A DNA stretch of 64,000 nt from Pecten maximus (lineage: Eukaryota). The notes below the pieces were generated by a model that saw only the letters and a list, made by a program, of their open reading frames with translations, did not search any database and was not told the origin of the DNA. The DNA lies in assembly GCF_902652985.1 (NCBI RefSeq), contig NC_047016.1, forward strand, positions 27,590,001 through 27,654,000. Reading direction: 5' to 3'. A program made the translations under genes and the position numbers. Positions 47,801 through 61,265 of the stretch are shown one piece after another (within the stretch, counting starts at the first letter, position 1; every line of letters begins with the position of its first letter).

Positions 47801-49427
47801 AAACATGGCGGCGCCCAAACGTTTGAACGTCTGAGGAAAGTGTAATTTAAAACGGAGAAATTTGCAAGATTGTTAATTTCTATCAACCTAAAGCAGGCTT
47901 TGCTAAACAATATGTTGTAAGGTCAATTTCCACAGGCAACCTTTGGAGAGCATTTCTAGATGAATCGCTGGCCGACATCCCCGAAAGTTCTCGTAACGTT
48001 GCCGTCAACTGGCTTGGGATTGACGTCAGCTTTTAAATATTCATTAGCACGCGCGCCTTATCGTTCTTGTGAATTATAACAGCCATGTAGCGACACATTT
48101 CTCCAACAGCCATGTAGCGAAACATTTCTCGGGGTTTCTTTTCCGTTTTTTTTTCTATTCAGTACATTGTAGAATAGAAATAATCAACTTTGACTCATGT
48201 ATTGTTTAAGGATATACAACTCTGACTCGGATATTTTGCGATTTTAATTAATAACTCAGGCCTGCGGCCTTCATTATTAATTTAATTGCAAAATATCCTC
48301 GTTGTATATTCACTAATAAGCACATCGAGGCTGTAGGGAGTTTACATGTATATTATATATTTAATTTCTACAAGTATCTGGCCTGTAGTATCATCTGTGT
48401 CTCACCATTCAGAACTTCGTATTTTGACGAACGTTCGGGCGCAAACCAAATTTATTTTCAATGTGGTTTTGTTTGTTTATTTTGAAATCACGTTAGTAAT
48501 TTTTAAACTACTTCGTAGTGCGCGTGTTTGGTGCTATAATCATATACTCTTGTAAAGCATGTTTAAATGTTCAAGGGCATGTCAAGACGTTGTGCCATCC
48601 ATGCTAATCAATAGCTTTAAAGGCTAAAACCTTTCCTGTAGATGCGAGAGAAAGACGGTGTACAAATATGGTATATTTACAATGTTACTATCGCACATGG
48701 TTGGTTTATTTTGCGTTTATAAGTTTATATCTAGAGGTAAACGGTAGTACTTGGATTATGTCTCCGCAATACATGGTCTGTCATATTAAAACATGATTTA
48801 ATTTACTATGGAAATAAATAATGATTAAACTGTGGAGCTCTAGTTATACATTCACAAACACTGATTTTTGATCATTTAAATGTCACCGACAAATTAATCA
48901 GAAAGCATGATATTTGTTTCCAGAAGATATCCTATCCTCGACGCTTTATTCATTTTCCATGTACACAACCTTTTGTCGTTGATGTCTTTGTTACTAGATA
49001 CTCTCTGTAATAAACACACAGTAACCCTTACAAAACACAATATCGGATACAAACCATGCTTCATGTTGTAGCATTTTGTTCCTCCTCTATAGTGACCGGT
49101 TGCCGATGAGGACAGGACAGTGGTGTGTAGCCAACACAGTTCCTCACTCCTGGAGATGGAGAAGGACAAGCAATGGTCATTTGCTCCACACTGGATCATA
49201 CAGTTGATGACGGAAACTGCGGTTAAGTTTTCTATTGGGCTATTATCACAAAGGGACTCATTTAAAACGAGCTCAGAATGAAACGCACGTGCTGTACTAT
49301 TAAACATGTCTGTTTCAATGGAAAAACATGTATCTATAAATACAGACACATAAATCACAGCTATATACATAGCTCGAGTCGAGATCATCTTGTTATCATT
49401 GTTTCTTCTCGAACGGGCATACATCAT
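44812..49427 (-). CDS. Secreted PAN/apple-domain plus divergent C-type-lectin-like-domain protein (3 exons)
   Basis: Exons ~49427-49055 (start Met uncertain: 49484, 49427 or later), 47302-47126 and 45095-44812, all GT-AG phase 1. Hydrophobic signal-like stretch; PAN pattern SVINCMIQCGANDHCLSFS..LCWL; CTLD start CEEADDDYVYDSTMNFCFK..FYNDAKSICLEDRAYLLRLE; CTLD end WQFED..TIW..PFICQK. Confidence 0.82.
45180..46148 (+). mobile_element. Decayed CR1/L2-group LINE 3' fragment in intron 2 of the PAN-CTL gene
   Basis: Broken frames give KCRDHNLTIDCQLDTFGKAIRPIFLYG and LAKAYCKFRTDNTKIP. It ends in GAGAATAAAC plus an (ATCATT)n tail. Confidence 0.55.
48212..48309. repeat. ~100-bp imperfect palindrome
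   Basis: ATATACAAC..GGATATTTTGC..AATTAATAA..AGGCC-TGC-GGCCT..TTATTAATT..GCAAAATATCC..GTTGTATAT. Confidence 0.75.
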
Positions 49428-49685
49428 TGTTCCTTCTGAATAGCAGGTGTGGTTCCTTTCGCGTTTTGTCGCCTTGTGAAACATTAAATTGTGTATAGTT
49501 AATTATACCCGAGAAGAAATGTAGTTTTATTGACATATGATAGCATTGACAACCTCTCAGCCAATTTAGCGCATCGAGCTCGCTGGCAAAATCCGGTAAC
49601 AATTAATGCCATGACCTCAATGACGGACATCAATTGTATGAACATTACATCGCCACTGCAAGGGAAGAAGTTTCAAGGAAGCATT

Positions 49686-52600
49686 TATGAATCCGGAAGA
49701 TGTGGTGGTATTAATGAGACTGGGAGATATGGTGGTATTGATGAGACCGGGCGGTTGGATGGTATTTATGAGACCGGGAGATGAGATAGTATGATGAGAC
49801 CGGGGGAGGGGATGGTATTTATGAGACCTGGAGATGAGATTGTATTTATGAGACCAGGAGATGAGATGGTATTTATGAGACCAGGAGATGAGATTGTATT
49901 TATGAGACAACGAGATGAGATGGTATGATGAGAGAGGGAGATGAGATAGTATTTATGAGACCGGGAGATGAGATGGTATGATGGGACAGGGATATGTGGT
50001 GGTATGATGAGACCAGAATCTGTGGTGGTAGGTTGAGACCGGCAGATGAGATGCTCTGATGAGACTAGGATATGTGGTGGTAGGATGAGACCGGGAGATC
50101 AGATGGTATTTATGAGAGCAGGAGATGAGATGGTATTTATGAGACCAGGAGATGCGATTGTATTTATGAGACCGGGACATGAATTGGTAAATGTGAGACC
50201 GGAAGATGAGATGTTATTAATGAGACAAGGATATGTGGTGGTATGATGAGACCAGGAGATGAAATGGTATGATGAGACCAGGATATGTGGTGGTATGATG
50301 AGACCAGAATCTGTGGTGGTAGGTTGAGACCGGCAGATGAGATGCTCTGATGAGACTAGGATATGTGGTGGTAGGATGAGACCGGAAGATGAGATGATAT
50401 TTATGAGACCGGGAGATGAGATGTTATTTTTGAGACAGGGATATGTGGTGGTAGGATGAGACAAGGATATGTGGTGGTAGGATGAGACCAGGATATGTGG
50501 TGGTAGGACGGGACCAGGATATGTGGTGGTAGGATGGGACCAGGATATGTGGTGGAAGGATGAGGCCAGGATATGTGGTGGTAGGATGGGACCATGATAT
50601 GTGGAGTTAGGTTAAGACCAGGATATGTGGTGGTGGGATAAGACCAGGATATGTGGTGGTGGGAGAGACCAGGATATGTGGTGGTAGGACGGGACCAGGA
50701 TATGTGGTGGTAGGACGGGACCAGGATATGTGGTGGTAGGATGGGACCAGGATATGTGGAGGTAGGTTAAGACCAGGATATGTGGTGGTGGGATAAGACC
50801 AGGATATGTGGTGGTAGGATGAGACCAGGATATGTGGTGGTAGGACGGGACCAGGATATGTGGTGGTAGGATGAGACCAGAATATGTGGTGGTAGGATGA
50901 GACCAGAATATGTGGTGGTAGGATGAGACCAGGATATGTGGTGGTAGGATGGGACCAGGATATGTGGTGGTAGGATGGGACCAGGATATGTGCTGGTAGG
51001 TTGAGACCAGGATATGTGGTGGTAGGATGGGACCATGATATGTGGAGTTAGGTTAAGACCAGGATATGTTGTGGTGGGATAAGACCAGGATATGTGGTGG
51101 TTGGAGGGACCAGGATATGTGGTGGTAGGACGGGACCAGGATATGTGGTGGTAGGATGAGACCAGGATATGTGGTGGTAGGATGAGACCAGGATATGTGG
51201 TGGTAGGACGGGACCAGGATATGTGGAGGTAGGTTAAGACCAGGATATGTGGTGGTGGGATAAGACCAGGATATTTGGTGGTAGGATGAGACCAGGATAT
51301 GTGGGGGTAGGACGGGACCAGGATATGTGGTGGTAGGATGAGACCAGGATATGTGGTGGTAGGATGAGACCAGGATATTTGGTGGTAGGATGAGACCAGG
51401 ATATTTGGTGGTAGGACGGGACCAGGATATGTGGTGGTAGGATGGGACCAGGATATGTGGTGGTAGGACGGGACCAGGATATGTGGTGGTAGGATGGGAC
51501 CATGATATGTGGTGATAGGATAAGACAAGGTTATGTGGTGGTAGGATTAGACCGGGATATGTGGTGGTAGGATGAGACCAGGGTATGTGGTGGTAGGATG
51601 AGACCAGGAGATGTGGTGGTAGGATGAGATCAGGATATGTGGTGGTGTGATGAGACCAGGATATGTGGTGGTAGGACGGGACCAGGATATGTGGTGGTAG
51701 GATGGGACCATGATATGTGGTGGTAGGATGAGACCAGGATATGTGGTGGTTGGATAAGACCAGGATATGTGGTGGTAGGAGGCGACCAGGATATGTGGTG
51801 GTAGGATGGGACCAGGATATGTGGTGGTAGGATGAGGCCAGGATATGTGGTGGTAGGATGAGACCAGGGTATGTGGTGGTAGGATGAGACCAGGATATGT
51901 GGTGATAGGATGAGACCAGGATATATGGTGGTAGGATGGGACCAGGATATGTGGTGGTAGGATAAGACCAGGTTATGTGGTGGTAGGACGGGACCAGGGT
52001 ATGTGGTGGTAGGATGGGACCAGGATATGTGGTGGTAGGATGAGACCAGGATATGTGGTGGTAGGATAAGACCAGGATATGTGGTGGTAGGATAAGACCA
52101 GGATATGTGGTGGTAGGATGAGACCAGGAGATGTGATGGTAGGATGGGACCAGGATATGTGGTGGTAGGATGAGACCAGGATATGTGGTGGTAGGATGAG
52201 ACCAGGATATGTGGTGGTAGGATGAGACCAGGATATGTGGTGGTAGGATGAGACCAGGAGATGTGATGGTAGGATGAGACCAGGATATGTGGTGATAGGA
52301 TGGAACTAGGATATGTGGTGGTAGGATGAGACCAGGATATGTGGTGGTAGGATGAGACCAGGATATGTGGTGGTAGGATGAGACAAGGATATGTGGTGGT
52401 AGGATGAGACCAGGAGATGTGGTGGTAGGATGAGACCAGGATATGTGGTGGTAGGATGGAACTAGGATATGTGGTGGTAGGATGAGACAAGGATATGTGG
52501 TGTTAGGATGAGACCAGGATATGTGGTGTTAGGATGAGACCAGGATATGTGGTGGTAGGATGAGACAAGGATATGTGGTGGTAGGATGAGACCAGGATAT

Positions 52601-52802
52601 GTGGTGGTAGGATGAGACAAGGATATGTGGTGGTAGGATGGGACCAGGATATGTGGTGGTAGAATGAGACCAGGATATGTGGTGGTAGGATGAGACCAGG
52701 AGATGTGGTGGTAGGATGAGACCAGGATATGTGGTGGTAGGATGAGACAAGGATATGTGGTGGTGTGATGAGACCAGGATATGAGATGGTATTAATGAGA
52801 CC
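49686..52802 (+). repeat. G-rich minisatellite, 27-bp units grading into 26-bp units (~115-120 copies)
   Basis: Left part ATGAGACCAGGAGATGAGATGGTATTT (27 bp); main part CAGGATATGTGGTGGTAGGATGAGAC (26 bp). Confidence 0.97.
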
Positions 52803-54308
52803 GAGGCTTACACCATTAATGGACATCACTGTTATATGATATGAGTGGAGACAAATAAGCACACATATGAAATTCAACCACTTAATATAATGTTTACTTT
52901 TTGATGTACTAAACATTATTTAAGATATGTCGTGCCTGAATATGTCGGGGGAGCAAACTTATTTTTGGAGTATCATTTGTTTGTGTGTGGGCGTTTTTTG
53001 TTTTGATTTTTAAAGGTTTAAAAAAAATCATATTCAATATTACAAATAATTAGAGTCACACACAGCCGTTCCCCCGAAGTATTTTTGCATATGCTAGTGT
53101 TCATTGTTAGTAATACTATATAGGAATACTTCTAATGTATAGGATGACGGTACATATTTATAATGGCTGCATCAGAAAATAACGTATTATGAAACAAAAA
53201 ACACTGGCTGTATAAAACAAGTCCGAATCTGTGTAGCATGTACTGGTATCGATACAGAGTCTTGTATCCTAAGTCTGTAATGTATCATGTATGTATTAAA
53301 TCAAAATAATGTTTTAATTGTCGTTACCAAGGCTCGCCAGTAAAAACATCAAAATTCCTACTTCCTTCATTATTTCTGAACAACAATAAGAAAAGAAAAA
53401 GAAAACGGTCCATGTAACTTCTAAAGTGTACTGCAATATTTTACAACTCAGTTATTGGAATGTTATTATATCCCAGCCATAAACCTTTACTCTTTGTATA
53501 ATAAATTCCTTTGCTCACGTTATGGGCCCTAGTCCGTTGATATTCCTCTTTTATTTGCAGCATCGCATTTAGTGCAACTCACATGTACAGAGAAATCTTA
53601 ATCGCTCAAATGTTTAACACAAACGCTTCTGAAGCAAAGCATATTGGTCACGCTGATCATGTGAAAGAAACACACACGAGTTACACAACACACACGGGTC
53701 GCTCAATAGAGGTATGTATATACCCTGTTATTTATACCTGTATACGAGTCACTAAATGACAGGTATGCTATAATACACTGTATACCTGTATGGAAGGTTA
53801 TTTTCGTTTTCCTTTCAATACATCGTTTCTAATTTCTTTGCCATCGCTCCCGGTCCATAACACAGACACCGGGATGTCCAACAGGTACATGTATTTGGGG
53901 CAGCCTACAGTTTTTACATACAGCTAGGTGTCTTGGTGTGTGTCTGAGTTATCAGCTATTGTATGTAGTTTATTTAAAGTGGATCATATTCTCCATAGTA
54001 TGCCAGCATAAACTTCGATACTCCTGCATCACAAAAAAAAATCAAAATCATAATAAGAAATGACTGGTGTTGATCTATAATTGGCAAAAACCTTTAGTGT
54101 GAAAATTTTAGATATTTACCGCAAAGTTGACTAGACCAACGCTTGTGCACAGGGTAATTGGGTTGACTGTGTCAAGACACACCTCAAACGTACCTAAGAC
54201 TGGTTAACTTCGCCTTCTCGGTGTGTAATGAAAAAAAAAGAGAGACATTTATTAAATGTTTGAAAAGGGTTTTTTGTGTGTAATTTATGTCATGCAAGGT
54301 TTTCTTTT

Positions 54309-54312
<4 letters not shown>

Positions 54313-54386
<74 letters not shown>
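54313..54386 (+). repeat. (TC)n microsatellite
   Basis: About 37 perfect dinucleotide units. Confidence 0.98.
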
Positions 54387-54389
<3 letters not shown>

Positions 54390-55178
54390 AACGATGTGAA
54401 ACAGCTCAAATTAGACAGTTTATATGGTTTTACAACCCTGGTACGAAATAGACAAACAAGACAATGAGAATTCTAAAAATAGTGAATACCATTTGCTCCA
54501 GTACTCGGTAGATGCGATATTTTATACGCAATGTCGGTTGAAACGAAGGATAACATGTGATTACATAAACCTGTCGATTACGACGTTCAATTGAACTTGG
54601 TTAACTGTATAAACGAAATGTTACAATCAAAGGAAATATTTTGTAAGATAAGAGAAGTTTCTTCAGAAATACTAACGTCATTGTAAAATTAACCTTCAGA
54701 TTGGCGATATTTCCTGTAAATATCGACTTGTATGGTACACGGGGACTTTTATGATATATGTGATGGACCGACCATAGGTTGAAAATTCGTCCCTGTAGTT
54801 TCGTACTTTGGTTTCTGATTGGTGAATTTTATATTGAATATATTTTTAATGATTGCAAAAGTGCTATTTTTCATGATCTTTAAACTGTTTGATGTCAATA
54901 CTATAAATCGGAGACGTAAAGGTATATAAGCGAGTCTGAAATACTCAGCGTACTGTGAATGTGTGTGTGTGTAGGTACATGGTATCCTCCGGTCTACCCA
55001 AGGACGGATGTAAAGACTGTATAACACATGAGCGGCATGATTTACAAATTAAATAAATAATAACAATATTAAATGTGTAATGTAGTCAACTGATGTTTAC
55101 TCTGTGATCATTTACAAATAAGCTAGCGTGCGACTCGGCTGAACGGACGGCCCAGTTTGTGACCTACATGTATACAAC

Positions 55179-58100
55179 ATGGCGCTGTCCAAAGTGACGG
55201 ATATGATTGTCGACCTCCCCTTAGGTGTAAAGGCTGTGGGCGGGGCAGTGCTCACTGGGGCGGTGTTGGCGACTGTTTGGAGGGGACTCAAAGCCCGTCA
55301 AACCACAAGGTATGCTTTATAAACTAGCTGATGTTTAATACTAGTAACGCTATTTTATGTCAAAGAGAGTTAACTCCCTTGGTTCAGAGCAAGAAAACCG
55401 GTTGAACGGGACAGTGGTGTGTATTCACCTGCTGTTTATATCATCAATCAAGTCAGGTGTAGATAACAGCTGTTACTAGGGAGCTTATTTAAAGTGTTAA
55501 ACACGTGCTAAACACCACCACTTCTTAACCCTAGCTGATATAACGCGGTATGACTATTCCTTATGAATAGTTAATGTTTTTTTTAACATTGTTTACTTAT
55601 GATCTCATCACATCTGTAACGGTGAACCAAGACATGTCCAAACCAAAATGAGACTAGAGAAAGTTGAAAAATCTTTGTCAGATCACCATTATTTAATGTC
55701 TAGATGGTATATAACATGAGTGTGTTTTTGTGTTTAATTGAGTTCATATTTTTAACAGAAAGGTATACCCTCCAGACACCATTGTTCTCCATCAGATAGG
55801 TCGTGGTCCGCACGTGCCTAGTCTCACCTGCTATGCCATTAAATTGGAGACGTACTTCCGGATGGAGGGTATTCCATACGAGGTATATAGTCTATTTTTT
55901 TTCGGGAAATTTAATAAAACTTGTCTTTTTCTATAGTATTAATGTCGAAACGTTGAAACTGTATTTATTTTACAACAATTGCGAAACAAGTTACATGTAT
56001 ATCAACTTATATTAATCACGCTTGTCGGCCTGGATGGATTGGCGCGGGAAGTGTGACGGTGGAAACCGCCTAGGTGAAGGGCAAGTGTGTTTAACCTAGA
56101 GAATTGATGTCTCTGTTTCACTTCAAGCGTTTGGTGATCCGTTAACATATGTAAAACGGGTTCCGAAGCCTTATTTCCACAACAAGGAATACGTACTCCA
56201 CAAGTAGGAATACGTACTCCACAACGAGGAATACGTACTCCACAACGAGGAATACATACTCCACAACGAGGAATACGTACTCCACAACGAGGAATACGTA
56301 CTCCACAAGTAGGAATACGTACTCCACAACGAGGAATACGTACTCCACAACGAGGAATACGTACACCACAACGAGGAATACGTACTCCACAAGTAGGAAT
56401 ACGTACTCCACAACGAGGAATACGTACTCCACAACGAGGAATACATACTCCACAAGTAGGAATACGTACTCCACAACGAGGAATACGTACTCCACAACGA
56501 GGAATACGTACTCCACAACGAGAAATACGTACTCCACAAGTAGGAATACGTACTCCACAACGAGGAATACGTACTCCACAAGTAGGAATACGTACACCAC
56601 AACGAGGAATACGTACTCCACAACGAGGAATACGTACTCCACAAGTAGGAATACGTACACCACAACGAGGAATACGTACTCCACAACGAGGAATACGTAC
56701 TCCACAAGTAGGAATACGTACTCCACAACGAGGAATACGTACTCCACAAGTAGGAATACGTACACCACAACGAGGAATACGTACTCCACAACGAGGAATA
56801 CGTACACCACAACGAGGAATACGTACTCCACAACGAGGAATACGTACTCCACAAGTAGGAATACGTACTCCACAAGTAGGAATACGTACTCCACAACGAG
56901 GAATACATACTCCACAACGAGGAATACGTACTCCACAACGAGGAATACGTACTCCACAAGTAGGAATACGTACTCCACAAGTAGGAATACGTACTCCACA
57001 ACGAGGAATACATACTCCACAACGAGGAATACGTACTCCACAACGAGGAATACGTACTCCACAACGAGGAATACGTACTCCACAACGAGGAATACGTACT
57101 CCACAAGTAGGAATACGTACTCCACAACGAGGAATACGTACACCACAACGAGGAATACGTACTCCACAAGTAGGAATACGTACTCCACAACGAGGAATAC
57201 ATACTCCACAACGAGGAATACGTACTCCACAACGAGGAATACGTACTCCACAACGAGGAATACATACTCCACAACGAGGAATACGTACTCCACAACGAGG
57301 AATACGTACTCCACAAGTAGGAATACGTACTCCACAAGTAGGAATACGTACTCCACAAGTAGGAATACGTACTCCACAACGAGGAATACGTACTCCACAA
57401 CGAGGAATACGTACTCCACAACGAGGAATACGTACTCCACAACGAGGAATACGTACTCCACAACGAGGAATACGTACTCCACAACGAGGAATACGTACTC
57501 CACAACGAGGAATACGTACTCCACAAGTAGGAATACGTACTCCACAAGTAGGAATACGTTCTCCACAACGAGGAATACGTACACCACAACGAGGAATACG
57601 TACACCACAAGTAGGAATACGTACACCACAACGAGGAATACGTACTCCACAAGTAGGAATACGTACTCCACAACGAGGAATACGTACACCACAACGATAA
57701 ATCTACTGCCTTTTACATTGAACAAACATGTATAGTGTATCGATTAGCCACTGTCGTTATCGAATAGTCTATTCAAAAATGCTGACCAGGAGTATCCGAG
57801 AAGGTAAGTTTACACTTTAAGCATTTATTTGTATACTCTGAGCGAGACAACTACTATGTCTGTCCAGAAATATTCGAAATTCATATAATATTTTTGTCCG
57901 CTTCTGTTTAACGACTGAATCCATCGCAGAGTTAAACGAACGGTTGAACTCGGCATCGAGGCGTCATTCGTCGCAAAGTTTTGCTCATATTGAATTATTG
58001 CTTAATGGTTTTAAAGACCAGTTAGTATCGTTAACAATTTGTGTTCCCTCGCTTTTGTAAATATAATAGGGTTGTGAGATTAAACATGTTGTTTTTTATT

Positions 58101-61100
58101 GAAGTGGATGTCATTTAAGAGTATTTCTGATAATGAAAATTAACAGGCTGTTTTAATCATTCAACTGCTGATACCGAGTTCAGTATCTGTTTGCCCATCT
58201 TTGCGATGGATTCACAGATGAACTAAACAGCAGACATGTGTTGTAATATAAATTTCGAGTATTTCTAAGTTAGACTTTGTAATTGTCCCGCTCTGAGTGA
58301 AGTTATAAACCAGTGATTTTGTACCTTAAAGTGTAAACTGGCCTTCTGTGATTCTCCTGGTCCGCAATTTTGTGGAGACCATTTCCTAGCGTATACACGA
58401 CAGTGAAGGTAGTCACCACAACATTGGAAATGCTGTACCGGAAACAAAGCGAGACCTTCGTCTTTCGTTATAATATATTTAATTGTTTCGATTACATTTC
58501 GTTTCAACAAAATAAACATAGAATATTTCGAATGAAAATAGCAAATTGTTTTAGTATTTTCTTTCAAAACATATCTATCGCCCCGTCAACAAGCTAGAGT
58601 GATCACCATAAGTGGATATTACTTGCTTTGCAATCGTCGCTTATAAACGTACTCTAATTGCCGGCTGAGTATACTGTCGTGACAAAGCGAACGTGCTGGC
58701 TGGGTTAGGGGACACCGTCTTTCACTTATATTCTGCCAGCGGAATTATTGCTTATAATGAGATTGGGGACTGGGAATATTTGCACACAAAGAATAATTCA
58801 TGCTTAGTATGCAAATAGTTGTAACGTATATATTAAAACATACTATTAACTTTATTGCAGGTAGAACATAGCTGGTCTAGAACGGCAAAGAAAACAGGAA
58901 AAGTTCCTTTTATCGAGTACAATGGAGAAGAGATTCCAGATAGCGAGTTTATCCTGGAGTTTCTCAGTAAGGAGAAGAACTTTGACCTTAACAGGGGACT
59001 CACTGAAGAACAGATCGGAATCGGCAGGGCCTTCCAGAAAATGGCCGAGGAAAATACTTACTGGTAGGTAATTCACCACTTGTAGCATTTTTTTCCTTAT
59101 TATTTATTTACTTTTTTCACAATTCGTTTTTATGACGTTTGGGTTGTTTGACGGAGGTATCAAAAACAAACATTTGATAAAAGTTACCGAATAGATAATG
59201 ACTTTTGAACGTATCATCCAACAGATTTAATTATGTCATGAATATTACTTTATAAGGTACATGTACAACTCATTTTATTGTGTAGGAAACGTAACATTTT
59301 AGATTTAATTTCAACACGATTCCAACATCTTCTAAAACGATTAAAGGTCCGGGTCTGGCCTTTTCTTATCTTTTCCTTCTTTTAACATTAGTGACCTTCT
59401 CCGTGAAGACTTTATTGATTAGGATGCAAATATGTTTTTCAAAGAAACTGAGTTTAGTTTTGAGAATGTCATTATTTCGCTATTGTCTTTAAGTGTTTGA
59501 TTTGTACCAATTAAACATGAAACTGCACACATTACATGTTTATTGATAATGATAGAGAAGCATGTACGATCTGATTTTAATGTACTTTAATGTTGTACAT
59601 GTATATCTTTTTTTCGTAGGTGCCTTGCGGCAGATCGATGGGTACTTGACGAAACTAATGCAGTCTATAAATGCTTCAAGCTCTCTGGGCTTATCACGTA
59701 AGAATATTATCATGTTGTTAAGTCAGTAATTATATACAGGCAAAAGTAAGTCACAGTTATTGATATATATGTTTGATAGTAAGTGTTTGATATCTGTATG
59801 ATATTATAACGAAATTTGTACGTTACAAGGGTTAACTTTATACCTGGCTCACAAAACTTTGATAAGAAGCTTACCGAAAGGTTTCGTTTCGATTACCATG
59901 ACAGGTCCTCACTTAATCACTATAAGTCCGATTTGTTTCAAATGTATGTACATGATACAATACACATAATGACTTTGTCCGCCGTTCAACACCAAGTCGA
60001 GGCCATACATTAAGAAAGAAACTGAAAGATGTAAAGAGATTACAAACGTTTCAAACCGCGAATGAAGTTCCTTTCCAAGTGGATTCCTCATTGGGTTGTC
60101 TTGGCATTTGATGCAGTGAATAAAACCAGTTGTTGGTTGTTCTGAATCACGACTGCAGTATGACATGATATGTTTATTAATCACAATAACCACAGTAAGA
60201 GTATGACACTATGTCGCAATAACAATACAACGTACATGTATGATTTCAGAACATTGTTGAGCGTATCCAAGAACATAAGTAATTGATCAAAAAAATCTTT
60301 TTCATCAGATTTTTAGCAAAACGTGACTTAAGGAAGAAGTTCTGGAATCGAGGGATATTACGGTATTCACCAGAGGAAATACGTCACATCATGTCGGGGG
60401 ATCTCAAGGCTCTCTCCTATTACCTTGGTAAATAATTCCACTATAACTTATAGCATGTTAAGAATTAGACTGAGATTGATAAACTTTTTAGTATTAGCCG
60501 AAACTGTTTTGTTTTTAAAGAACGCCTTTCGGAAAGGTTGCAAAACTTCTCACATTTATACAGGTTCATTCTGTCATTGCTTACAAGCACTATTAACATA
60601 AGGCGTAATTTCCAGTTCAACCTGTAGGTATTTATGTCTTAATAGCATGTTTATTGTATCCCTAATTTAGGATCAAAGAAATTTTTGTTTGGTGACAACG
60701 CGAGCAAATTTGATTGCTCTATCTTCGGAATACTAGCAGAGATGAAATGGGCGTCCTTTGGAGGATTCGCAGGATCCGTCATAAATGGTTAGATATTTGT
60801 TTATAGACAGAATTGTAATCCTTGTTATCAATAATAGTACCATTTTCAATTTTGCCCAAAATCTTTCATCAAAATTGTTGGTGTTTAATCTCGGAGCGAC
60901 GACCATGTGGAAACGCGATTTCGTTTTTACTTTGTTGTAGTTGTAGCGTTGTAGTTGTTCCATGTGGACGTTTACCAGTCGAATGTGGTTTTCAGACAGA
61001 ATAAATACTTTTTGTTTTGTTTAAAGTTATTAAGTAATATCATCGGATATACAACGTTAACGTGACGTGGAAATAAAACTTCTTGTTTTTGGATTTTGAG

Positions 61101-61265
61101 AGTAAATGAGAACATATTGTATTCATTCTTAAACACGTATTTGATGATATAATTCTGGCAATTTATTTTACAGAGTATCCTAACCTATGTGACTACTGTG
61201 AGCGGATGAAGGAAGCGTTCTGGCCAGATTGGGACGAGGTTATACAGACAGATTGTACCAGATAG
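55179..61265 (+). CDS. FAXC: Failed axon connections homolog (metaxin-like GST-fold protein), copy 1 (7 exons, 287 aa)
   Basis: GT-AG exons 55179-55309, 55759-55882, 58861-59063, 59620-59697, 60309-60427, 60671-60787, 61174-61265 (864 nt, phases consistent). Motifs PSLTCYAIKLETYFRM, GKVPFIEYNGEEIPDSEFI, RAFQKMAEENTYW, DLKALSYYLGSKKFLFGD, YPNLCDYCERMKEAFWPDW. Confidence 0.93.
56176..57697 (+). repeat. 21-bp minisatellite (~72 copies) in FAXC intron 2
   Basis: Unit TCCACAACGAGGAATACGTAC, main variant TCCACAAGTAGGAATACGTAC. Confidence 0.98.
57895..58236. mobile_element. MITE-like element with ~65-bp imperfect TIRs in FAXC intron 2
   Basis: TGTC..CTGTTTA..TGAATCCATCGCA..TGAACTCGGCATC is mirrored by GATACCGAGTTCA..TGCGATGGATTCA..TAAACAG..GACA. 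Confidence 0.65.

Noticed and set aside
48894-49054. C-terminal part of the 196-aa ORF
   Set aside because: Read-through into the intron beyond the G|GTTTGT donor at 49055; the phase matches the next exon at 47302.
49530-52916. Pro/His/Thr-rich ORFs (SHPTTTYPGLILPPHILVSSYHHISW)
   Set aside because: Translations of the 26/27-bp minisatellite in several frames, with no splice or domain support.
56142-57725. 527-aa and 507-aa antisense ORFs (VVEYVFL / WSTYSSL repeats)
   Set aside because: A 21-bp repeat without stops in two frames, inside a FAXC intron. The hydrophobic heptad is a by-product.
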